A model generated the notes under the pieces. That model was not told the origin of the DNA. It ran no database searches and saw nothing but the letters and a program-made list of their open reading frames with translations. The translations under genes and the position numbers were made by a program. Below are positions 30,609-41,208 of a DNA stretch of 64,000 bases, piece after piece. Each line of letters opens with the position of its first letter. The first letter of the stretch is position 1. Origin of the DNA: Candidatus Bathyarchaeota archaeon (GTDB lineage: Archaea > Thermoproteota > Bathyarchaeia > Bathyarchaeales > Bathycorpusculaceae); contig CAWGZR010000005.1 of the NCBI GenBank assembly GCA_963827165.1, positions 192,001-256,000 on the forward strand, written 5' to 3'.

Positions 30609-32813
30609 TTGAGTGAAATTCAACTACGCGTTGGAGATGCACGACAAAGAGACGTGGGCAGAGGAATCGCCCGCATAGACCAGCGAACAATGCAGAAACT
30701 TGGCATAAGCGCTGGCGACGTAATTGAAATTATCAATAAACGCACGACGTCGGCTATCGCTTGGCCAGCTTACAGCGAAGACCAAAATCGAGATATCATA
30801 CGAATCGACGGGTTCACTCGCAAGAACAGCGGCGTAGCCATAAATGAATATGTTGTTGTGCGTCCTGCAAAAGTCAAGACGGCTTTGAGTTTAACTTTGG
30901 CGCCAGTTGACATGCGTCTAAATGTTGATGAGGACTTCACAAACTTCGTGCGCAACCGCCTCATGGAACGAACCCTTGTCGAAGGCGATACCACCCTAGT
31001 AATGATGCTGGGGCACGCCATACCGTTCACCGTTTCAAAAACCCGTCCACACGGCATAATAAAAGTCACCACAGAAACACACTTAACCATTCTAAACGAG
31101 CCAGCCCCCGAAGGCAAAGGCTTACCAAGAACAACCTACGAGGACATAGGCGGCTTACGTGAAGAAATCCAACGAGTCCGCGAAATGGTCGAGTTACCGC
31201 TAAGACACCCTGAGCTTTTCCAGAGGCTAGGCATAGAGCCGCCGAAGGGTGTTCTGCTTCATGGCCCTCCAGGCTGCGGCAAAACACTGCTTGCTCGAGC
31301 AGTCGCCAACGAATCGGAAGCAAACTTCTACTCTATTAACGGTCCCGAAATCATGAGTAAATTCTACGGCGAATCGGAAGCAAGGCTAAGAGAGATTTTC
31401 CAGCAAGCCCAACAGAACGCTCCAAGCATAATATTCGTTGATGAACTTGACGCGATAGCGCCTAAACGCGAAGAAGTCACAGGCGAAGTTGAAAGGCGCG
31501 TTGTCGCGCAACTTCTTGCCTTGATGGATGGCTTGAGCGGAAGAGGAAACGTCATAGTTATCGGCGCAACTAACCGTCCAGGCGCACTTGACCCGGCCCT
31601 ACGTAGACCGGGAAGGTTCGACAGGGAAATAGAAATTAGCGTACCCGACAAACGCGGAAGATATGAGGTATTACAGATTCACACTAGAGGCATGCCGCTT
31701 CACGGCCTCGAAAAACCTGAAAGCGAAAGAACCTCAGAAGACGTTGACCTCAAAAAACTCGCTGACATGACACATGGCTACACGGGCGCTGACTTGTCGG
31801 CTTTGAGCAGAGAAACAGCTATGAAAGCACTCCGCAGATACTTGCCACAGATTAATCTTGAAGAAGAACGCATTCCACCCGCGGTGCTGGAGAAAATGGA
31901 GGTCACGATGGAGGATTTCTTGGGCGCCTACAAAGAAGTTACGCCTACCGCGATGCGTGAAGTCTACATTGAAGTCGCAACCGTGCATTGGACCGATATA
32001 GGCGGTTTAGACAGCGTCAAAGAACACCTCAAAGAATCCGTCGAGTGGCCAATCAAGAACCCTGAAATGTTCACGCGGCTCGGCATAAGGGCACCCAAAG
32101 GCATCCTGCTTTATGGTCCACCTGGCTGCGGCAAAACACTGCTTGCTCGAGCAGTTGCAACAGAAAGCGAAGCCAACTTCATATCCATAAAGGGACCTGA
32201 AGTCTTCAGCAAATGGCTTGGCGAATCAGAAAAAGCGATTCGCGAAGTCTTCCGCAAAGCTCGAATGGCAGCGCCATCTGTTATATTCTTGGATGAAATA
32301 GATTCTCTTACGCCGAGGCGTGACATGGGCATGTCTGACAACGGAGCCTTCGAAAGAGTCATAAGCCAATTACTAACAGAAATGGATGGCATAACAACCC
32401 TGCAAGACATAATAATCATCGCTGCGACGAATCGCCCCCACATGGTTGACCCCGCCGTACTTCGCCCGGGCAGATTTGACCGCCTAATCTACGTGCCTGA
32501 ACCCGATGAAAAGAGCCGCCTGCAAATCTTTATGCTTTACACGAAGACTATGCCAATTTGCAAGGATGTTGATTTGAACCAGTTGACAACCTTTACGAAG
32601 TACTATTCAGGCGCCGACATCGAATCTTTATGCCGCGAAGCAGCAATGCATGGTTTGCGCCGAGATGTACAATGTAGCGAAGTTACAATGAAGGATTTCC
32701 TTGATGCCCTGAAAGAGATGGGACCTTCAATTAGCCCCGACATGGAAAAATGGTACAAGGGCTTCAATCAACAGTTCCGACAAGTACAAAAGCCCCAAAC
32801 ACCCGTTGCGTAG
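30609..32813 (+). CDS. cdc48: CDC48/VCP family AAA+ ATPase
   Basis: [11 protein letters not shown]-domain, two GPPGCGKT Walker A motifs, RPGRFD twice; TTG at 30609 after GGAGG. Confidence 0.96.
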   Translation: MSEIQLRVGDARQRDVGRGIARIDQRTMQKLGISAGDVIEIINKRTTSAIAWPAYSEDQNRDIIRIDGFTRKNSGVAINEYVVVRPAKVKTALSLTLAPVDMRLNVDEDFTNFVRNRLMERTLVEGDTTLVMMLGHAIPFTVSKTRPHGIIKVTTETHLTILNEPAPEGKGLPRTTYEDIGGLREEIQRVREMVELPLRHPELFQRLGIEPPKGVLLHGPPGCGKTLLARAVANESEANFYSINGPEIMSKFYGESEARLREIFQQAQQNAPSIIFVDELDAIAPKREEVTGEVERRVVAQLLALMDGLSGRGNVIVIGATNRPGALDPALRRPGRFDREIEISVPDKRGRYEVLQIHTRGMPLHGLEKPESERTSEDVDLKKLADMTHGYTGADLSALSRETAMKALRRYLPQINLEEERIPPAVLEKMEVTMEDFLGAYKEVTPTAMREVYIEVATVHWTDIGGLDSVKEHLKESVEWPIKNPEMFTRLGIRAPKGILLYGPPGCGKTLLARAVATESEANFISIKGPEVFSKWLGESEKAIREVFRKARMAAPSVIFLDEIDSLTPRRDMGMSDNGAFERVISQLLTEMDGITTLQDIIIIAATNRPHMVDPAVLRPGRFDRLIYVPEPDEKSRLQIFMLYTKTMPICKDVDLNQLTTFTKYYSGADIESLCREAAMHGLRRDVQCSEVTMKDFLDALKEMGPSISPDMEKWYKGFNQQFRQVQKPQTPVA

Positions 32814-32825
32814 AAGGAAAACTGT

Positions 32826-33056
32826 ATGCCTCAAATGAAAACTTGGAAAACGCGACCAGACTACTTTGTTGCTTTGGAGATACTGAAGAAAAAAGGCGAC
32901 ATGACAGACGACGATTTGTTCAATGCTATTAAAGGAGAATTCGAAGACTTAGGCTTCAAAGATTTCAACAACATGCTACTCAAGCTAGAAGTTACTGGCA
33001 AAGTCCGCACTTCATCTTTGGCTCGTGGAAAACGTCGAATCGAGCTAGTACAATAA
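32826..33056 (+). CDS. Small winged-helix-like hypothetical protein
   Basis: 76 aa, three helices + hairpin (LLKLEVTGKV...RRIEL); 12 nt after cdc48. Confidence 0.75.
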   Translation: MPQMKTWKTRPDYFVALEILKKKGDMTDDDLFNAIKGEFEDLGFKDFNNMLLKLEVTGKVRTSSLARGKRRIELVQ

Positions 33057-33066
33057 CAATGATACG

Positions 33067-34317
33067 ATGACCCAGTACACAATCCAGAAGACAGACTCTG
33101 CGCCAGACGCAGTTGTCATCGGAGGTGGACCTGTCGGTTCCTACGCAGCCTTGAACTTAGCAAGAGCAGGCATCAAAGCCACTGTTTTTGAAGAGCACCC
33201 CAAAATCGGATATCCATCTCACTGCGCTGGGCACCTAAGCATCCGAAGCCTAAAAGGCATGGGGCTCTATCCGCTTCCTAAGGGCATAGTTGAAAATACT
33301 TTTCGCACAGCCAACTTCTACTCGCCAAAAGGCACAAAGTTTTCACTTCACCTTTCGCATCCCGTGACAACCGCTTTAGATAGGGCACTTTTCGACCAAT
33401 ATTTGTCTGAACAAGCCGAGAAAGCTGGAGCACGTTTTGTCCTCAATAAACGTGTCCAATCCCTTGTTATCCGTGACGGCTATGTCAAGGGAGTAAATAT
33501 CCAAAGCGGTAGCGGACGGCAAGAGCAGGTTTCGGCCAAGATAACAATAGATGCTGAAGGCATTTCTTCTCGGCTTTTGAGGCAAGCAGGTTTGAAGGCT
33601 TTGAAGCCTGAGGGACTGGTTTATTCGGTTGAAGCCGAAGTTGAAGATGTCCGCGATATTGAACTCGACGCTGTGGAAGTTTACTTCGGCAAATCCTATG
33701 CCTCTGGCTTTTACGGTTGGCTCATCCCAAGGATGAACGGTACGGCGAAGTTGGGTTTGGCTACTAACAAGGGAAACCCCAGAGACTGCCTTCAAGCGCT
33801 AATAACCAAGCATCCTGTGGCTTCCAAACAGCTGGGTCATGCCAAAATAATGCGGGTCAACTACCACGCAATAACCTTGAGCGGTCCAATAGAGAAAACT
33901 TATGCTGATGGATTTCTCGCCGTCGGCGACTGCGCTTCTCAGGTTAAACCGACCACAGGCGGCGGAGTAATTTTCGGGTTAACATGCGCAAAAATCGCTG
34001 CAGAAACAGCCAGCAAAGCCACGCGGGAAGGCAATGTGTCCTCTGAGATATTGCGGTCTTATCAGAAGCAATGTTCTGACCTGTTGTGTTTCGATTTCTC
34101 CGTTATGCTTAGGCTCAGAAGATTTCTTAACTCACTGTCTGACGACAAACTAGATGAAGTGCTTCGGGTTTGCTGCAAACTGGGCGTAGACAGAGCCCTT
34201 AGCAATGTGGATGAAATTGATTTTCAGGGAAAAATGCTGCTTAAAGCGTTGGGGAAGCCTTCCATGATAGCGGCTTTTGCGTACTTTGGGCTGCTTTATT
34301 TGTTTGCAAACCCTTAA
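33067..34317 (+). CDS. Geranylgeranyl reductase family flavoprotein
   Basis: GGGPVG, HCAG, YGWLIP, GDCASQVKPTTGGG. Confidence 0.9.
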   Translation: MTQYTIQKTDSAPDAVVIGGGPVGSYAALNLARAGIKATVFEEHPKIGYPSHCAGHLSIRSLKGMGLYPLPKGIVENTFRTANFYSPKGTKFSLHLSHPVTTALDRALFDQYLSEQAEKAGARFVLNKRVQSLVIRDGYVKGVNIQSGSGRQEQVSAKITIDAEGISSRLLRQAGLKALKPEGLVYSVEAEVEDVRDIELDAVEVYFGKSYASGFYGWLIPRMNGTAKLGLATNKGNPRDCLQALITKHPVASKQLGHAKIMRVNYHAITLSGPIEKTYADGFLAVGDCASQVKPTTGGGVIFGLTCAKIAAETASKATREGNVSSEILRSYQKQCSDLLCFDFSVMLRLRRFLNSLSDDKLDEVLRVCCKLGVDRALSNVDEIDFQGKMLLKALGKPSMIAAFAYFGLLYLFANP

Positions 34318-34351
34318 AATCTTGGATGTTTACCTATAGCCGGGAAATGCA

Positions 34352-34714
34352 ATGGGTGAATTTGAATACAAACAAGTGCTTGTCTTCCGCACAGATTTAC
34401 AGATGAGTAAGGGAAAGATTGCAGCGCAGGCTGGCCACGCAGCGATTTGCGCGGCTCAGGCAGCTCACGAACAACATAAGAAGTGGTGGGAAGCGTGGAT
34501 GTACGAAGGGATGCGGAAAATCGCTGTTAAGGTTCCAGGTGAAAAGGAGCTTGGCGAGTTGGAGGAGGCTGCGGATGAATTGGGTTTGCCTCATGCGTTA
34601 ATTGTTGATAAAGGCTTAACTGAAATCCCTGAGGGGACAGTAACATGTTTGGGAATTGGTCCCGCACCTAACGGGTTGGTTGATAAGTTAACTGGTAAGC
34701 TTTCCCTGCTTTAG
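34352..34714 (+). CDS. pth2: Peptidyl-tRNA hydrolase 2
   Basis: MSKGKIAAQAGHA, DKGLTE, GIGPAP. Confidence 0.96.
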   Translation: MGEFEYKQVLVFRTDLQMSKGKIAAQAGHAAICAAQAAHEQHKKWWEAWMYEGMRKIAVKVPGEKELGELEEAADELGLPHALIVDKGLTEIPEGTVTCLGIGPAPNGLVDKLTGKLSLL

Positions 34715-34724
34715 GCGAAAAGTT

Positions 34725-36095
34725 TTGGCTATTCCTCCCATTGACCGAGAGCTCGGCATCGAAGTTTACTTGACTAAAAGCTTAGGCGTTGGCGGTGTTA
34801 TTCGCGAAGATGTCGAGGATTTTGTAGTTGAGGAAGTGCTTGTTGATGGTTCTAAAGCGAAGGTGGACAGGTCTGTTCCCATTAGTGTTCTGGGTTCCAC
34901 CTCTGATCGGAAGCGGTTTTTGCTATGCGTATTGGTTAAGCGGAATTGGGACACTTTAATCGCCGTCAAAAACATTGCAAAGCAGTTTAGCGTTGATCAG
35001 AGCTACATCCAGATTGCAGGCATAAAAGACGCCAAAGCCGTTACGGCTCAACACATAACAATTGATGGCGGCTCAATAGAGGACGCTTCCAAAGTCAACG
35101 TCAAAGACATCCAAGTTATCCCAGTGGGATACCTTCGTGAAGCGCTTTCAACCTACTATTTGCTCGGCAACAACTTCACTATAAAAATCAAAGCCATAGA
35201 CCTCCCAAAATCAACTGTTAAAAACCGCATAACCCAGACAATCAAACAAATCGACGCTCAAGGCGGCATTCCGAATTTCTTCGGGCACCAACGCTTCGGA
35301 ACCATCCGACCAATAACGCATCTGGTTGGAAAAGCAATCGTCAACGGTGATTTTAAAGAAGCTGCGATGCTTTTTTTGGCTAAATCCAGCCCTTATGAGC
35401 ATCCAACATCAAGGCAAGCACGCCAGGAACTTCAAGTTACAGCAGATTTTAAGATGGCTCTGGAGAATTTTCCTCGGCAACTGCGATTTGAAAGGCTAAT
35501 GCTTGGCCACTTAGCAGATAGCCCGGAAGACTTCGTCGGCGCATTCCAGCAGTTACCAGTTAAACTTCAGGAGCTATTTGTTCAAGCCCACCAATCTTAT
35601 CTGTTTAACCGTTTCCTCAGTGAGCGACTTCGCCACGGTCATATTTTGAACAGGGCTGAAGTTGGCGACTGGGTTGTGGGTGTGGAACGTTCGGGTTTGC
35701 CGTTGACGAAAGTGGCAAAAATTGTTTCAACTGAGGATAAGGCAGAGGTTAACGAGCGAGTCAAAGATGGGAAAATGCGTGTTGCTTTGCCTGTAATAGG
35801 GATACGCCAAAAGCTGTCGGAGGGAGAAATGGGGCAGATTGAGCGAGGCGTTCTTGAAGAGGAGAGGATCAAACTTGAAAACATCCGAACCAACCAACTC
35901 TCAGGCGTCGGCGGTAAAGGGGGCTTGCGTACTGCAGCGACCCCTGTCAGAGAATTCAAATTCAATGTTTCAGAAGGTGAGAATGGGAAAGGCTGCGAAG
36001 CAGAGTTTAGCTTTATGCTTCAGAGAGGGTGCTATGCTACTGTTTTGCTGAGAGAAATGATGAAGCCTCCTGACCCGTTAAAGGCTGGCTTCTAA
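34725..36095 (+). CDS. truD: tRNA pseudouridine-13 synthase
   Basis: EDFVVEE, AGIKDAKAVTAQ, PNFFGHQRFG, GCYATVLLRE. Confidence 0.95.
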   Translation: MAIPPIDRELGIEVYLTKSLGVGGVIREDVEDFVVEEVLVDGSKAKVDRSVPISVLGSTSDRKRFLLCVLVKRNWDTLIAVKNIAKQFSVDQSYIQIAGIKDAKAVTAQHITIDGGSIEDASKVNVKDIQVIPVGYLREALSTYYLLGNNFTIKIKAIDLPKSTVKNRITQTIKQIDAQGGIPNFFGHQRFGTIRPITHLVGKAIVNGDFKEAAMLFLAKSSPYEHPTSRQARQELQVTADFKMALENFPRQLRFERLMLGHLADSPEDFVGAFQQLPVKLQELFVQAHQSYLFNRFLSERLRHGHILNRAEVGDWVVGVERSGLPLTKVAKIVSTEDKAEVNERVKDGKMRVALPVIGIRQKLSEGEMGQIERGVLEEERIKLENIRTNQLSGVGGKGGLRTAATPVREFKFNVSEGENGKGCEAEFSFMLQRGCYATVLLREMMKPPDPLKAGF

Positions 36096-36107
36096 CGATA
36101 GCTGCTT

Positions 36108-36590
36108 TTATTTGATGAATACAGTGGATGGCTCATTCTTGAGGAGACTTTGCGCAAATGCTTCTGCTTTTTTTAGGTCTTCTTCGTTTGGTCTGCCTTT
36201 TTGGGTGCCGCCGCCGATTTTGAAAAGCCCATAAGTGTCAAAGCCCCCGCAGTTAAACTCTCCTAAAACAATGAAGCCTTTAGCCTCGAGTTTTTCCTTA
36301 AGTGACTTGTCTAATTTTGCAGCTGCTTTTCCCGTTCTACCGCTGGTGGAGAAAATAAATGCTTTTTTGCCTGCGGCTTGCGGGATTTTGTCTGCGAGTT
36401 CAAGGATGGGTTTACCAAGTTTTCCAAAGTAAACCCCAGAGCCGAAACCGACAAGCTCAAAGTTTCCAAGGGCGCTCACATCAGTTTGCTCGGGAGTTCT
36501 TATTTCCGCTCCGATGACCTTGGCGATTACATATGCGACTTTCTCAGTGTTTTTATGATGATAAGAATAAAGAATTATTGTGGAATTCAA
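36108..36590 (-). CDS. Flavodoxin-family protein
   Basis: SYHHKNTEKVA, GFGSGVY, GRPNEEDL. Confidence 0.9.
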   Translation of the reverse strand: MNSTIILYSYHHKNTEKVAYVIAKVIGAEIRTPEQTDVSALGNFELVGFGSGVYFGKLGKPILELADKIPQAAGKKAFIFSTSGRTGKAAAKLDKSLKEKLEAKGFIVLGEFNCGGFDTYGLFKIGGGTQKGRPNEEDLKKAEAFAQSLLKNEPSTVFIK

Positions 36591-36705
36591 TTAGGTACAC
36601 AACCTGCATTTATTGTGGCCGCAACCCGTATTTTAGCGCTAGGGTAGGTAAGTAATGTTGATAAGCAACTGGTAGCTTCTTTTTCTTTTAGGAAGCCTTT
36701 TTTTT

Positions 36706-37266
36706 ATGGAAAATGAACAGCCGCGGCAATGCATCATACCCCTTCATAAGCCAAGTACAAAAGAACTAGCGTTCTTTTTCGCTTCAGGCATACTTGTAAG
36801 CGTCCCTATGGCTCTGTTCTTCTCAAACGTTTATCCCTACGTCTCCCTCCTCATATCAACAGCGCTTCTGGCACCTTTCGTTGAAGAACTAGCCAAAGTT
36901 TTCCCGCTGTTCTACAGGCACGGCGAAACAGAGCGATCAATAGTAACTTTGGGCGTCTTAATCGGGCTTGGCTTCGGGATCTCAGAGTTTTTCCTCTACG
37001 TTGTCTTTTTAGGTGTTCCCCCGATTGCGAGGATTCCAGGCGTCATTTTCCATGCTTCAAGCGCATCCATAACCGCCTACGGCATCGCCAAAAAGAACCC
37101 GTTGCCCTATTACCTAATTTCGGTTCTGCTTCATGCAGCAAACAACTTTTTCGCGGTAACAAGCACCAGCATAGGCGTGTTTGTCGAGTTGCTGGTTGTG
37201 ATCGTCGCTTACCTTTTGGCTTGGAACTTTTACCATAAGGCTTCACCCGAAAAAATAGTTACATAG
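36706..37266 (+). CDS. PrsW-family intramembrane metalloprotease
   Basis: VEELAK, GLGFGISE, IFHAS, LHAANN; multiple TM segments. Confidence 0.85.
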   Translation: MENEQPRQCIIPLHKPSTKELAFFFASGILVSVPMALFFSNVYPYVSLLISTALLAPFVEELAKVFPLFYRHGETERSIVTLGVLIGLGFGISEFFLYVVFLGVPPIARIPGVIFHASSASITAYGIAKKNPLPYYLISVLLHAANNFFAVTSTSIGVFVELLVVIVAYLLAWNFYHKASPEKIVT

Positions 37267-37809
37267 TCAGCCTTTGTCCGTTCTTGCCAAATCGCGAAGT
37301 CTGTTGATGCCGTCTATTTGCTTGATGAAGTCAGCGACGCTTTTGGGAACAAGCTCCACCCAGCTATCATCGGCCTGAAGCATTTTCTCTCTAATAACCG
37401 TTGACATGTACTGTTTTCTGTCGAAAAACGGTATTTCCTTAATGGGATAGCCTGCCTCCGCGAAAAGCCTCTTCGTCAGAGGCTCATTGGAGTAGCAAAC
37501 GTTGAATTTTGGAGTGTATCCTTCCACCGCGCTCACCCACAGCATGTGAAGGTGAACATCTGGGACTGGAACAATCCACAGCTTTGATGGGTTCACCTTG
37601 GCCTCTTGCAGGGCGTATCTAATCATAACCAGACGTTCGCCAGCAGTAAACGGGTTGTTAAGGTTGTGACTGTATTGTGCACTGCCGATAACTATGGCTA
37701 ATTCATCGATTTCTTTGAGCACCGCCTTCACAGCGCCAAGATGCCCTAAATGGAAAGGCTGAAACCTCCCAACGTAAAGACCCCGGGTAACCAAGCCACT
37801 CATCGCCAT
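37267..37809 (-). CDS. nadM: Nicotinamide-nucleotide adenylyltransferase
   Basis: GRFQPFHLGH, NPFTAGER. Confidence 0.95.
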   Translation of the reverse strand: MAMSGLVTRGLYVGRFQPFHLGHLGAVKAVLKEIDELAIVIGSAQYSHNLNNPFTAGERLVMIRYALQEAKVNPSKLWIVPVPDVHLHMLWVSAVEGYTPKFNVCYSNEPLTKRLFAEAGYPIKEIPFFDRKQYMSTVIREKMLQADDSWVELVPKSVADFIKQIDGINRLRDLARTDKG

Positions 37810-37860
37810 TTGACGTTAAGCCCGGACTCTTTTATGATTTGTGTTCCCAAAAATCGGCGA

Positions 37861-38445
37861 TTAAACAAAATTCTTAAGGACATGTTCAGCTGGAAAAACC
37901 GTGAAGGCTACCTTATCCACCTGTACCTGTTTTGAAGTTGAAAAGCCTCTTTTCTCCTTGCTTAAGAACTCAACTTTAACCTTTAAGCCTCCGCCGTATC
38001 CGCCTAGCGATAGGTCAGTTTTGACGACTCTGTGGCAGGGAACGATGGGTGCGAACGGGTTTGAAGCCATGACGTTTCCAACGGCTCTCGGGCTACCGCC
38101 TACTGTTTTGGCGATTTCGCCGTAGGATGTGACAAAGCCAATTGGGATTTGCATGGTTGCCTTTAATACTTTTTGAGTGTATGTTGGAAGGGATGCGAAA
38201 GCTAATGGGAAAATAGCGTTGACGTTTTCTCCGTCGCAAATCCTCTTCAGGTTAGTCAAGGTTTCTTTGGCGAAGTCTGAGGGCTTACAGAAAACCTGGA
38301 ATGGTTCGCTATGTGGAATTATCTTCAGCAAGTTGCTCAAGAGCATTTGTTGGCTTACGTTAAAGGACGTAGCAACGATTTGCCCTTGATCGCAGGCGAC
38401 GCCGAACCAGACATCGTCAAGTTTTTGGGTGTAAACTTCAATCAT
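37861..38445 (-). CDS. ogt: Methylated-DNA-protein-cysteine methyltransferase
   Basis: SYGEIA, PRAVG, PCHRVV. Confidence 0.92.
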   Translation of the reverse strand: MIEVYTQKLDDVWFGVACDQGQIVATSFNVSQQMLLSNLLKIIPHSEPFQVFCKPSDFAKETLTNLKRICDGENVNAIFPLAFASLPTYTQKVLKATMQIPIGFVTSYGEIAKTVGGSPRAVGNVMASNPFAPIVPCHRVVKTDLSLGGYGGGLKVKVEFLSKEKRGFSTSKQVQVDKVAFTVFPAEHVLKNFV

Positions 38446-38567
38446 TTCTTTGCCTCCTCACTTTTTCATCGCTTTCTTGGCTTTCTTCACGACGAAGGAT
38501 GAGATTAATGGATATAAGTAACCTTAATAATTTGTCTTGTGTATATCAACGGGAAAAGGCGAAAATT

Positions 38568-39260
38568 ATGGAAGGTTATGGACCACAACTACCTGAAATA
38601 CCGCAGATTCCGCAGTACCCTCAGATGCAGCAAGATCAACAGCACCAGCAGGCTCAGCAGGGCGGAATGGCTTGGATGCCAGGCGCCACCACAGTAGGCG
38701 TTATCTTCAACGGCGGAGTATTGTTAGCCGCTGAAAAAAGAGTAACTTACGGTTATTTTGTCATGAGCAAAGGCGGCAAAAAAGTTTTCAAAGTAACAGA
38801 TCGCATTGCCGTAGCCTGCGCAGGACTCGTCGGCGACATGCAGATTTTAGCCAAGGAAATGGAGGCGCAAGCCAACCTTTTCGGCATGGACACAGGCAGA
38901 AAAATCACTGTACGCGCAGCAGCGAAACTTTTAGCTAACGTATTGTTCAACCGGCGGTACGCGCCACTTTTCACCCAAACAATCATCGGCGGTTTAGACG
39001 AGGATGGACCAGCACTCTTCGTACTTGACGTTTTAGGCTCACTTATACCTGACAAATATGCAGTTGTCGGCACAGGGACAGAAATTGCCATAGGAGTCAT
39101 CGAAGAAGCGTATAAAGAAACAATGAACGCTGACGAAGCGAAAGAACTAGTGATGCGAGCCATAAAATCAGCAATTAGCCGGGACTCAATGAGCGGCGAC
39201 GGAATAGACTTCCTCATAATAACCAAAGAAGGCATCAAAGAAGAATCCATAAAATTCTAA
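38568..39260 (+). CDS. psmB: Proteasome beta subunit, probably non-catalytic paralog
   Basis: ATTVG, AAEKR, AGLVGDMQ, RDSMSGDG; ATG at 38568. Confidence 0.92.
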   Translation: MEGYGPQLPEIPQIPQYPQMQQDQQHQQAQQGGMAWMPGATTVGVIFNGGVLLAAEKRVTYGYFVMSKGGKKVFKVTDRIAVACAGLVGDMQILAKEMEAQANLFGMDTGRKITVRAAAKLLANVLFNRRYAPLFTQTIIGGLDEDGPALFVLDVLGSLIPDKYAVVGTGTEIAIGVIEEAYKETMNADEAKELVMRAIKSAISRDSMSGDGIDFLIITKEGIKEESIKF

Positions 39261-39340
39261 ACTAACTTTCCCCTCAAAATTCTAGACTTAACAAAGCTAA
39301 GCGGCGCCTACGCGCCGCCGATGCAACGGAGCGAAAAAAC

Positions 39341-39964
39341 ATGTCGTTTGACCTAAGCTTAGATGAAGGAAAATTCTTAATCAACCTTGCGAGGACCACA
39401 GTTAAAGAGTATCTTGAGAACGGCAACATCGTCAAACCACCAAAAGACACACCCCAGAAAATGTTTGCCCGTTGCGGAGTTTTCGTCACGATAAACAGCA
39501 TCAAGAACGGTAACAAGCAGCTTCGTGGCTGCATCGGCTACCCTTACCCCACAAACCCTCTTATGGAAGCATTAATCGATTCAGCCATCAACGCGGCAAC
39601 TGAGGATCCGCGATTCGACCCGATAGACCTGGAAGAATTAAGCAACGTTGTTTTTGAAGTAAGCGTGCTGACGCCGCCTGAACCCATTGAAGTTGACAAC
39701 CCAAAAGAATACCTTGATAAGGTCAAGGTTGGGGAAGATGGGTTGATTGTTGAAAAAGGCTTGAGCAAAGGTTTGCTTTTGCCCCAAGTGCCTGTCGAAT
39801 GGGGTTGGTGTGAAGAAGAGTTTCTCTGCCAATGTTGCGCCAAAGCTGGGCTCCCCCCTGACACCTGGCTGACAAAAGGTACAAAAATATACAAGTTTAG
39901 AGCGATTATTTTTCAGGAAGAGTCGCCGATGGGCGAAATCAAACGCCTAACTCTAAGTCAATGA
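39341..39964 (+). CDS. AMMECR1-domain protein (TIGR00296-like)
   Basis: GVFVT, LRGCIG, DPRF, GLLLPQV. Confidence 0.93.
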   Translation: MSFDLSLDEGKFLINLARTTVKEYLENGNIVKPPKDTPQKMFARCGVFVTINSIKNGNKQLRGCIGYPYPTNPLMEALIDSAINAATEDPRFDPIDLEELSNVVFEVSVLTPPEPIEVDNPKEYLDKVKVGEDGLIVEKGLSKGLLLPQVPVEWGWCEEEFLCQCCAKAGLPPDTWLTKGTKIYKFRAIIFQEESPMGEIKRLTLSQ

Positions 39965-39969
39965 CGGGG

Positions 39970-41109
39970 TTAATCATGCAGGGTTTCGATAATCGTCTGC
40001 GCCCTATCTAAGCCCTTGAACCGGTTGGAAAACTTGTTGAGCGCCAACATGTTTCTATCAAAAGATTCCTGCTCGACCGCCATCCTCGCTACAGCCTTTT
40101 CCAGCTGCTTCCTGTTTTTAATCATTATTGAGCAGTTCATGTCTCGCAACTTGGCAGCGTTTCCTAACTGTTCTGGTTGAGTTGGGATGCAGATGCTCGG
40201 TTTTGCATACTTTATTGTTTCAAAGCAGGTTGCGTGTCCTCCACTGAAGATTACGAATTTTGCGTTTCTCATGTATTTCGCACGTTCTTCTGCGGACAGC
40301 CAAGTGTGAAGCTCGCAGTTTCCTATTTTGGTAGAGACTTTCTTGCCCGGCGTACCCAAACTGACGATGCATTTGGTTTTTATTTTTTTGAGGACTGGAA
40401 GAAGGGTTCTAAGCATTTTGGCTCGTGTGCCGGGCGGTCCGCTTATGGGTACAAAAATGTGTTCCTTTGACCCTTCAATGGGCGTTGTGTCAACAAAGCT
40501 TCCCACGTACTCAACTTTGCCGTCTAAACCCATGTTATCGAGGTTTCCGACGCTGTACTCGGAAATCGTATAAGGCGGAGGGTTGTCAGGGATGATTATT
40601 TTTGAGCATTTCTTAACGTACCTCTCAACAAGCCGTTCACCGGGGTTGAGGAAAGCAGAGAAGCCGTAGCTTGGTCTAATCATGTTGGCGATGTAAACTG
40701 AGGGGAACCCCCACCGTTGAGCGAGCCTAAGCGCGTTTATGTCTCCGTCTGCAATTAGCATATCTGGCGCCAACCCATGGATATTTTCCCTTAGGTCATA
40801 GTACCTATGGATCGTTTCCCATGCGTTGGAGTTCTTGATTTCCAACCTGTTAGTTTCAAAGTTGAACAGGGGAAGCGGCAGGAACAGGTTGACAAGGGAT
40901 GCGGAAGTGATTATGCCATAAGCGTTCTCATACCAAGATATCGGCGTACATTTGTAGACGTTGCTAAACTCCTTCTGCAGCAAATCATACGCTTTGCCTC
41001 CTGAAAAAAAGAACATTTCGTGACCATTATTCTTGAGTCGTTTCCCTAAGGGAATGATGCGTGAAACATGGCCTAAACCAAGCTCTGAACAACTAAACAG
41101 CAACCGCAT
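39970..41109 (-). CDS. GT-B glycosyltransferase (GT28-like)
   Basis: GLGHVSR, GGHAT, QPEQLGNA. Confidence 0.85.
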   Translation of the reverse strand: MRLLFSCSELGLGHVSRIIPLGKRLKNNGHEMFFFSGGKAYDLLQKEFSNVYKCTPISWYENAYGIITSASLVNLFLPLPLFNFETNRLEIKNSNAWETIHRYYDLRENIHGLAPDMLIADGDINALRLAQRWGFPSVYIANMIRPSYGFSAFLNPGERLVERYVKKCSKIIIPDNPPPYTISEYSVGNLDNMGLDGKVEYVGSFVDTTPIEGSKEHIFVPISGPPGTRAKMLRTLLPVLKKIKTKCIVSLGTPGKKVSTKIGNCELHTWLSAEERAKYMRNAKFVIFSGGHATCFETIKYAKPSICIPTQPEQLGNAAKLRDMNCSIMIKNRKQLEKAVARMAVEQESFDRNMLALNKFSNRFKGLDRAQTIIETLHD

Positions 41110-41208
41110 AGAAGATACGTATAAGGCGAAGATTTATTTTAACTATGCCCATATTCAACCCAAAAATAAAGTAAGCAGTTTTAAGCTAGTAGCAAACAGT
41201 AAATTGTT

